A stretch of DNA of 59,612 bases from Gemmatimonadales bacterium (GTDB taxonomy: Bacteria; Gemmatimonadota; Gemmatimonadetes; Gemmatimonadales; GWC2-71-9), in contig JACCRS010000052.1 of assembly GCA_013813435.1 (NCBI GenBank), forward strand, positions 1 to 59,612. The letters are read 5' to 3'. Both the position numbers and the translations under genes were made by a program. This document shows, one piece after another, positions 14,758-21,312 of this stretch (position 1 is its first letter; every line of letters begins with the position of its first letter). The notes below the pieces were generated by a model. It was not told where the DNA came from. It made no database searches and worked only from the letters and a program-made list of their open reading frames with translations.

Positions 14758-16902
14758 TTAGGGGGCTACCTCGACGGTGTGGGTGACCGCATCCGTAGCG
14801 CCATCATCATCGGTGACAGTCAGCGTGACCTGCTTGGGGCCCGCGCTCGAGAAGGTGACCGACGGCCTCACCTCCGTGGAAGTTGGCGGATTGCCGTCTT
14901 GAAACTCCCAGACCCGGGTCAGGCTCGACCCGTCGCTGTCACTACTTTCACCAAAGAACTCACACGGCTGACCCGCGACGCAGTTCGTGGGCGGGTCGAA
15001 TGCCGCCGTTGGGGGCTGGTTCGGAGCCGGGGCAACGGTTACCTGCTTGGTTTCGACGTCAGTGGCGCCATCATCATCGGTGACAGTAAGGGTCACCGTC
15101 TTGGAGCCCTCGCTGGAGAAGGTGACCGACGGGTTCGGGTCGCTGGAAGTCGCCGGGGTCCCATCCTGGAACTCCCACAGCCGCCTCTGAATCGTCCCAT
15201 CGCCGTCGCTACTCCCGTCAGTGAACTGGCACGGCTGACCCACGGTACAGCTCGGCGCTTCAAATGCCGCCGTGGGCGGATTGTTGGCCACCGGGACTGC
15301 ATTGACTACGTGATTCTCGCTGTCCGTATCCCCCAAAAACCGATCGTCGCCCGAATAGGTGGCGGTGAGGATGCGCCGGCGATTCGGCTGCAGCCCCGGC
15401 GTCAGCAGAGTCAGAATACAGGAGCCCGAACCGTTGCTAAGCGCCGAGCTGCACGACTCGGGTCCCTCGCTGACGGTGACAGTCACGTTGCCGGTCGGGG
15501 AGACGCCGCCGCCTCTCACGTTGAACTCGACCGTCACCTCCTGGCCCGCGACAGAGGGATCGGGATCGTCTGAAGTTATCTCTATGATCGAAGTGGCTTT
15601 CTGAACGGTGATCGTTGCCTGATCGTCGATGGCTGCGCCGCCGGCGGTGGCCGTTATAACCTTGGCTTCAGCTGCCGTCGAGCTGAAGGTGAACGTCGCC
15701 ACGCCGTTAGATCCACTCGATGCGGACGATGGGCTGATGGTATTTCCGCTGCCGCTCGAAGAGACCGTCACCGACACGCCGGCGACGGGATTGTTCCCGG
15801 CATCGCGAATCGTGACCGTGATCGTGCTGCTCCCGCTACCGGCAGTGATCGTGGAAGGCGAAGCCGTTACCTCAGAGTTTGCCCCGCTGGGCTCACCCGC
15901 CGTGGCGTTGGCGCTGAAGGTTGCGGTGCCCACGCCTGATACCACAGCGTTCACAGTATTAGCGCCCACTGCCGGCCCCAGCGTCCACTGGGTGCTGGCG
16001 TTGCCCTGCGGATCGGTAGTTGTGTTTTCGGGTGCCACGCTGCCGCCCCCGCTGCCGATTACCCACGTAACCGCACGATTGGGGATCGGGTTGCCGCTCG
16101 CATCCAGAACTTGCACCACCAGCGGCTGGCGCAACTCGGTACCCGGGCTACCACTCTGATTGTCACCCGAGACCTTGAGCACGCCGGTAGCGCTACCTGC
16201 CGTGGCGGTGTGAATGAAGGTCACCGGCGATCCGGCGAGATTTCCGGCGGTGGCCAGAGTGGATTGCTCGCCCGCGGTGTTGCCCAGTGTGCGGGTCACT
16301 GACGCCTGGCCGTTTGCGCCGGTGAAGGTAGACGTCTGGCTGACTTCGCCGCCACCAACAGCGGCCCACTCGACCGCCACACCCTGGATCGGATTGCCGA
16401 ACTCGTCGGTGACCTGTACTACCAGCGGGGCCGCCAACAGGGAGTTAACAGTGCCAGTCTGGTTGTTCCCTGACGTCAGTGTAATCTTGTCAGCCTCGTC
16501 AGAGAGGGCGGTGGCCGTAAAGGTGGTTTCCACCGGTCGGCGGCCTGCCGGTACCGGAACGTGTACGGCGCCGGCTACCTCCCCGACTGTGGTGCCAAGC
16601 ATAAGCAGCGCAGCGGCACGGCCATTGGCATCGGTAAGGGTGGTGGCTGGGCTAGCGGACCCCTGGTCGGCAAAGTCAAAAACCACCTCGGCACCCGCGA
16701 CGGCGCGGTCGCGTGTATCAGTCACTTGTACCACGAGAGACTCGGGCAATACCGAGCCGACTCGACCCCTCTGGCCATTCCCGTCCATCACTTCGATGTT
16801 CGCCGCCTCGCCCTCGTCGGGCAGCGTCAGAGTGTCGCCACCGCATGCGGCAATTGCGAGCGGAAGAGCGATCAAGAAGGGAAGTACCAGCCGGTCTGAC
16901 AT
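14758..16902 (-). CDS. Ig-like (Big_1-type) repeat lipoprotein with two C-terminal PKD domains
   Basis: Start placed at ATG 16902 (MSDRLVLPFLIALPLAIAACGG, AGGA upstream) rather than TTG 16956. Several Big_1-like units. Two tandem PKD domains (..WEFQDGTPATSSDPNPSVTFSSEGSKTVTLTVTDDDGATD.. and ..WEFQDGNPPTSTEVRPSVTFSSAGPKQVTLTVTDDDGATD..). Confidence 0.85.
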   Translation of the reverse strand: MSDRLVLPFLIALPLAIAACGGDTLTLPDEGEAANIEVMDGNGQRGRVGSVLPESLVVQVTDTRDRAVAGAEVVFDFADQGSASPATTLTDANGRAAALLMLGTTVGEVAGAVHVPVPAGRRPVETTFTATALSDEADKITLTSGNNQTGTVNSLLAAPLVVQVTDEFGNPIQGVAVEWAAVGGGEVSQTSTFTGANGQASVTRTLGNTAGEQSTLATAGNLAGSPVTFIHTATAGSATGVLKVSGDNQSGSPGTELRQPLVVQVLDASGNPIPNRAVTWVIGSGGGSVAPENTTTDPQGNASTQWTLGPAVGANTVNAVVSGVGTATFSANATAGEPSGANSEVTASPSTITAGSGSSTITVTIRDAGNNPVAGVSVTVSSSGSGNTISPSSASSGSNGVATFTFSSTAAEAKVITATAGGAAIDDQATITVQKATSIIEITSDDPDPSVAGQEVTVEFNVRGGGVSPTGNVTVTVSEGPESCSSALSNGSGSCILTLLTPGLQPNRRRILTATYSGDDRFLGDTDSENHVVNAVPVANNPPTAAFEAPSCTVGQPCQFTDGSSDGDGTIQRRLWEFQDGTPATSSDPNPSVTFSSEGSKTVTLTVTDDDGATDVETKQVTVAPAPNQPPTAAFDPPTNCVAGQPCEFFGESSDSDGSSLTRVWEFQDGNPPTSTEVRPSVTFSSAGPKQVTLTVTDDDGATDAVTHTVEVAP

Positions 16903-17228
16903 CAGGGCATCCTGAAAAAAAAGAGGATCATCGTGGCGCGTAGGGATTCCGCGCAAGAAAGCATGCTTATGGAATCGGGTTCGGTCGAGTCTATTTAACC
17001 CACCTCCTGAGTAAAAGGATCTGGGTCACAGAACCATGTAAGAGACTCGGCGGCATAGAGTTGGGCGAAGTCATCGCGGCCCGTCGAGCCCATCCTTCCG
17101 AGGCACGAGGGGTTAAAGCAGATTGTATGCCGTGGAGCGTTCCGGTTTCCGCGATGTAAACTAATTTCAGAGCAGGACTTGCGAGATGGGCGACGGGCGG
17201 TGTTGTCACATTGCCACGCCGCCCTGGC

Positions 17229-17957
17229 TTAGAAGAGCACGGTAGCGGTAAAGGTGGCGGGCAACACGGTGGCCTGCTCGATGGTGGCAGTGAGCTTGTG
17301 GATCCCGATTCGGTCCCCCAGGATCCACTCGGCGGAGGTACTGCCATCGCTCGCGGTGCGGCTGATCAGTTGGTCCACCTGACCTTCGCCTGCCGTCACC
17401 TGCCAGGCAACCGGCACATCGGGCACCGGATTGCCGTACCGGTCGACTACCCGCACCAGCGGAGGCGTGCTGACCGTCTGCCCTCGCCGACCCGGCTGAC
17501 TGACCGGGCTCAGCGGTCTCAAGGTATCCGGGGGGGCCGGATAGGCGGCCGCCGTAAACTCTTCCGTCTGGGGCTCTTCACCCCCGGTGACCAGCCGTGC
17601 CTCTATCGCGTAGTCCCCCGGCGCGGTGCCCAGCACCCAGCTGGCAGTTGCCTGGCCCTGGCTGTTTGTTATTGCGGTGTCAGGAGTGACCTCACCGTCG
17701 GACGTGGTGAGAACGAACGCTACTCTTCGCCCGCTTGCCGGTTGTTCTCGCAAGGTGAGAACCTGGACAACCAGGCGTTCTGGCAGCGGCTCTCCTACGG
17801 TGCCTACCTGGCCATCACCAAACATTTTGAGAAGCTTGACATTCTCGCCGCCGCCCGGAGGGTCGGGCAACAGCAGCTCCCCGCTGGCACAGCCGAGAAT
17901 CCCAGCCAGGAGAACCAGTGTAAAGCCGCGGCTGGCTGGCACGATTGGGTTAGCCAT
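17229..17957 (-). CDS. short Ig-like (Big_1-type) repeat lipoprotein
   Basis: ATG start and lipobox LLAGILGCASG. Two Big_1-like units (FGDGQVGTVGEPLPERLVVQVLTLREQPASGRRVAF..; ..VVDRYGNPVPDVPVAWQVTAGEG..). Confidence 0.8.
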   Translation of the reverse strand: MANPIVPASRGFTLVLLAGILGCASGELLLPDPPGGGENVKLLKMFGDGQVGTVGEPLPERLVVQVLTLREQPASGRRVAFVLTTSDGEVTPDTAITNSQGQATASWVLGTAPGDYAIEARLVTGGEEPQTEEFTAAAYPAPPDTLRPLSPVSQPGRRGQTVSTPPLVRVVDRYGNPVPDVPVAWQVTAGEGQVDQLISRTASDGSTSAEWILGDRIGIHKLTATIEQATVLPATFTATVLF

Positions 17958-18030
17958 TTTTCACGCTGACGATGGGGTCGACCGACCTGCGAAGCTGCCG
18001 GGTGAAGGGTGGGGACACCTACAATAGCGG

Positions 18031-18051
18031 CCTACCGGCCCTTCCGGTAGG
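18031..18051 (-). terminator. hairpin downstream of the small OMP gene
   Basis: CCTACCGG-ccctt-CCGGTAGG, an 8-bp perfect stem 16 nt past the stop at 18067. No clear U-tract. Confidence 0.35.
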
Positions 18052-18066
18052 GCTTCACACCCCACC

Positions 18067-18693
18067 TCACCTACCATGCTGTAACAGTAGGCTCAAACCA
18101 AAGTTGATTAGCCGCTCCCGGTAGTCTCCAATGATGCCGTCGTCGTACCGATGGCCAATGAGGTCTATTACCGGATTGAGATAAAAGTGACGCCCCAGGC
18201 GGAATTCATATCCCGCACCGACCAGTGCGGCAAAACCGGTGTCTCCCTGATCGAAGCTATCCCTGAAATCAACCGCATTTCGGCCGATACCGAGGCCACC
18301 CTTTAGGTAGAGTCCCGAGCTCGAGAACGGATACAGCTGCGCTATGAACAGTGCGCTGCTGAGCGATTCGACTGCGGGTCCCACCTGGTTGATCCAGGAG
18401 AGAACCTCGCCGCCCAGCCGCAGGTGCCGGCTTGCGGTGCCGCCCAGGCGCAAGGACACTGTCGGCCGGTAGAGCACCTCGCTATAGCCAGTGCTCGGGC
18501 GAACATCATAGGACTCGCCCCCGGCACCGACACCTAGACCGAGCCAGAATCCCCTGCGGGTGGACTCACTCACTTCAACCAGGCCCTCAGGCGGGTCCTG
18601 GGCCGCGGCGGCTCGGGAAAAAAGCGCGAGAGCGATAGTCACCGCTATCGCCAGTTCGCAGGTGGTTCGAGTAAGGCTGAGATTAGAAGGCAT
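18067..18693 (-). CDS. small outer-membrane beta-barrel protein
   Basis: Signal peptide ..IALALFSRAAAAQ. Alternating Gly/aromatic strand pattern (GFWLGLGVGAGGESY, LRLGGEVLSWI, GLYLKGGLGIGRN, GAGYEFRLGRHFYLNPVIDL). About 190 aa mature. Confidence 0.7.
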   Translation of the reverse strand: MPSNLSLTRTTCELAIAVTIALALFSRAAAAQDPPEGLVEVSESTRRGFWLGLGVGAGGESYDVRPSTGYSEVLYRPTVSLRLGGTASRHLRLGGEVLSWINQVGPAVESLSSALFIAQLYPFSSSGLYLKGGLGIGRNAVDFRDSFDQGDTGFAALVGAGYEFRLGRHFYLNPVIDLIGHRYDDGIIGDYRERLINFGLSLLLQHGR

Positions 18694-18716
18694 CAGGTCT
18701 CCCGCTGACGTTAACT

Positions 18717-19490
18717 TTGAGCCTCACGCCTGCGCGCGGTTGTGTGCGTCGCCATAGCAAGGGTCGGACCATACCTGTGTCATTTCGAGCCCGCCTGCTG
18801 TTGATCGCAAGCTTTGTTGTGGTGGCGCTGGTCTGCGCCCGGCTGGGCTTCTGGCAGGTGGATCGCCTGCGGGAGCGGCGCCGGGAGAACGTGACGGCGT
18901 TGGCGGCGAGATCAGCGCCCCGGGTGGTCATCGATGCTACCGCGGAGATGAGCCAGAGTCTCGTTGGCCGGGAGGTCCGCGCGGCGGGCCACTACGACCA
19001 TACTTACGACGTGGTGCTACGGGGGAGGGCTTATAACGGGTCGCCCGGTGTGGAGGTTGTCTCACCCCTGGTGCTGGAAGGGGGACGTGCCGCCGTGCTG
19101 GTGAACCGAGGCTTCATTCCTACACCTGACGCGGTGACCGTGCAGACCGACTCAGTCCGGGAGTCCGGCAAGGTGAGCGTAGAGGGAACGGCGTTGGTGG
19201 TATTGTCGGGAAGCGGCGCGCCATTGAAGCGGGGTGAGCGGACTACATGGGCGCGGCTGGATCTGGCCGCGTTGGGCTCGCGCATTCCGTACGACATCGC
19301 GCCGTTCTACATACGCCAATCGCCTGATTCAGCGCTACCGCGTTTTCCCCGCCGCCTGGAACCGATTCCGATCGATGACGGGCCGCACCTGAACTATGCC
19401 ATTCAGTGGTTCGCGTTTGCGGGAATGGCTATTGTCTTCGGGGGAGTGATTCTCAAGGCCAAAAGCGTTAGCGGGGAGAAAAAGGCGTGA
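18717..19490 (+). CDS. SURF1-family cytochrome oxidase assembly protein
   Basis: N-terminal TM plus GFWQVDRLRERR. C-terminal GPHLNYAIQWFAFAGMAIV. The last 9 codons (KSVSGEKKA) and the stop lie inside the local repeat element. Confidence 0.85.
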   Translation: MSLTPARGCVRRHSKGRTIPVSFRARLLLIASFVVVALVCARLGFWQVDRLRERRRENVTALAARSAPRVVIDATAEMSQSLVGREVRAAGHYDHTYDVVLRGRAYNGSPGVEVVSPLVLEGGRAAVLVNRGFIPTPDAVTVQTDSVRESGKVSVEGTALVVLSGSGAPLKRGERTTWARLDLAALGSRIPYDIAPFYIRQSPDSALPRFPRRLEPIPIDDGPHLNYAIQWFAFAGMAIVFGGVILKAKSVSGEKKA

Positions 19491-19543
19491 GCGGGGAACA
19501 AAGACTGCTCACGTTTTTTCTTTCCGGGTCACGCTCTTCTGCC
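19461..19543. repeat. GCGTGAGCGG-type repeat cluster (left) including a bidirectional terminator hairpin
   Basis: Two forward copies (AAAAGCGTTAGCGGGGAGAAAA, AAGGCGTGAGCGGGGAACAAAG) and two reverse copies (GCTCACGTTTTTTCTTTCC, GGGTCACGCTCTTCT). Arms CGTGAGC (19486-92) and GCTCACG (19507-13) form a stem flanked by an A-run and T6, between convergent stops at 19490 and 19509. Confidence 0.7.
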
Positions 19544-20867
19544 CGTCCAGCTGTTCGATCGTTTTAGTTGATGGTTGCCTGACCTTCTGAAGCCTTGCAG
19601 CAGTCGCTTCCGCGGCGCGCAGGGCCCGGAGGACATTCTGGCCGGCAAGTTTCTTGAGGTCCCGGTCGCTCCAGCCGCGCCGGATCAGCTCGGCGAACAG
19701 TTGGGGAAACTTGGACACGTCTTCCAGCCCCTCCGGCACCGTGTCGATCCCATCGAAATCGCTGCCGATGCCGACATGATCGCTGCCCGCCACTTTCCGC
19801 ACGTGCTCGATGTGGTCGGCCACCTGCTTGAGGGTTGCGCTCGGCCGCGGGTGCGTTGCCTTCCACTCCTCGAAGCGGCGCTTCTGGTCTACTGTGTCGC
19901 TCACCGTTTCCTTGATTGCGCTAGACTGCTCCTTGGCCTGCGCCTCCCATGCGGCAACCACCGGGGAGACAAACGCCGGCACAAACGTCACCATCACCAC
20001 TCCGCCGTTCTGGGGCAAGCGTTTCAGTATCGAGTCCGGCACGTTGCGGCCGTGATCGGTCAGCGCCTTGGCGGAGGAGTGGGAGAAGACCACCGGCGCC
20101 TCGGTGCCGTCGAGGACGTCGCTCATAGTGGCGGGTGACACGTGCGAGAGATCCACCAGCATGCCCAGACGATTCATCTCCCTCACTACCTCACGGCCGA
20201 ACTCGGTGAGACCATTATTCCGCGCCGAGTCCAGCGCCGCATCTGCCCAATCGAGGGTGACGTTGTGGGTCAACGTCATGTAGCGCGCGCCCAGATCGTA
20301 ATAGGACCGGAGCGCGCCCAGTGAGTTCTCGATGGCGTGGCCGCCTTCCATTCCAAGAAGCGAGGCAATGCGTCCCCGCTTGAAGCTGCGCTCGATGTCA
20401 TCCGCGGTAAGCGCCAGCTGGAGCCGGTCCGGGTAGCGGGCGATAATGCGCCGGGCGATGTCGAACTCCTCCAGTTGCACCTTGGCGTAACCGCTATCTC
20501 CGATCTCGCCCGGGATGTAGATCGACCAGAATTGGCCACCCACCTGACCCTGCGCCAGCCGGCTCAGGTCGGTGTGCCCGGCGGTGGGGGTCCGCAGGTC
20601 GTACGCCGCCACGTCGCGTGGAGCGTCCTTACGTTGCCGGATCTCCCAGGGCAGATCGTTGTGTCCGTCGATCAGCGGAGTGGAGCGCAGGAGCCTCCTG
20701 GCTCGTTCCAGCGAGCGGTCAGCGGACTGTGCGGCTGAGGGAGAAGGCATGGCGGTCAGGAGAAAAAGCGTGAGCGGGAGAAGAAAAAGCGTGAGCGGTG
20801 AGCGGGGGAAGAAACTGCGTGAGCGGGCAAGAACCAGCGTGAGCGGTGAGCGGGAAAGCACAATCAT
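19509..20867 (-). CDS. membrane (renal-type) dipeptidase, peptidase family M19
   Basis: PLIDGHNDLPWEIR near the N-terminus plus the family-typical ..LSHVSPATM.., ..VVFSHSSA.., ..IGSDFDG.. blocks. Start ambiguous. I use ATG 20867 (GGGGA upstream), which gives a signal peptide ending SPSAAQ/S. Alternatives are GTG 20933, ATG 20906 and ATG 20750 (no signal peptide). Confidence 0.85.
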   Translation of the reverse strand: MIVLSRSPLTLVLARSRSFFPRSPLTLFLLPLTLFLLTAMPSPSAAQSADRSLERARRLLRSTPLIDGHNDLPWEIRQRKDAPRDVAAYDLRTPTAGHTDLSRLAQGQVGGQFWSIYIPGEIGDSGYAKVQLEEFDIARRIIARYPDRLQLALTADDIERSFKRGRIASLLGMEGGHAIENSLGALRSYYDLGARYMTLTHNVTLDWADAALDSARNNGLTEFGREVVREMNRLGMLVDLSHVSPATMSDVLDGTEAPVVFSHSSAKALTDHGRNVPDSILKRLPQNGGVVMVTFVPAFVSPVVAAWEAQAKEQSSAIKETVSDTVDQKRRFEEWKATHPRPSATLKQVADHIEHVRKVAGSDHVGIGSDFDGIDTVPEGLEDVSKFPQLFAELIRRGWSDRDLKKLAGQNVLRALRAAEATAARLQKVRQPSTKTIEQLDGQKSVTRKEKT

Positions 20868-20961
20868 TGAAGTCCCCGAGAGCAAGTGTTGGTAGATTTT
20901 TGTCATCCTGAGGGGCAGCAAAGCGACACTCACGCTTTTTCTTCCCCGCTCACGCTCTTCG
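20764..20961. repeat. GCGTGAGCGG-type repeat cluster (right)
   Basis: Four forward copies spaced 20-28 nt apart (20768, 20789, 20817, 20837), two with an internal GTGAGCG duplication. Two reverse copies in CACTCACGCTTTTTCTTCCCCGCTCACGCTCTTCG (20927-20961). This last segment is near-identical to 19507-19543. Confidence 0.7.
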
Positions 20962-21310
20962 TTGTATAGACCTGCACCAACTCAGGCCTGATAACGAACT
21001 GGGGGCAGATCGTCCGATCGTACTCGTAAGGCCCGCCCGTCTCCGCATCGGTCCAGGGAAAGCCCCTGCAGACCGCGGGATAATATGGCTCGGAGTGAAT
21101 ACTACAAACGTTCTCCCGGAGAAAGACGCAGCGTCCGCTGCGAACCCGGGTCCGCCACTCGCCCCATCGGGTGCGATAGATCGTAGCCTCACCGTGCGCC
21201 AGGGCAATGGCGGAGGCCTCGTCGTCACTCAGGGTGACGCCGTAGGCACAACAGGAAGAGCTATGAGGACAGGGAAAGCAGGGCAGCGACGGTAAATCGC
21301 GCATGCGCAA
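20930..21310 (-). CDS. YkgJ-family cysteine-cluster protein
   Basis: CFPCPHSSSCC (the CxxCx5CC cluster) plus a second Cys set (..CVFLRENVCSIH..YYPAVCRGFP). The C-terminal KSVSGEEKA and the stop lie in the repeat element. Confidence 0.7.
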   Translation of the reverse strand: MRMRDLPSLPCFPCPHSSSCCAYGVTLSDDEASAIALAHGEATIYRTRWGEWRTRVRSGRCVFLRENVCSIHSEPYYPAVCRGFPWTDAETGGPYEYDRTICPQFVIRPELVQVYTTKSVSGEEKA

Positions 21311-21312
21311 AG

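Noticed and set aside
20768-20800. Resemblance of GTGAGCGG to the left half of the lac operator (a LacI-type site).
   Set aside because: It is only an 8-mer coincidence. There is no palindromic partner at operator spacing and no LacI-family gene nearby.
20764-20860. Possible CRISPR array, from four regularly spaced GCGTGAGCGG repeats.
   Set aside because: The units are only about 20-28 nt centre to centre. The material between the cores is itself repetitive (A-rich linkers), so there are no unique spacers of 30-40 nt. Inverted copies occur at both flanks and there are no cas genes. This fits REP/MITE-like elements instead.
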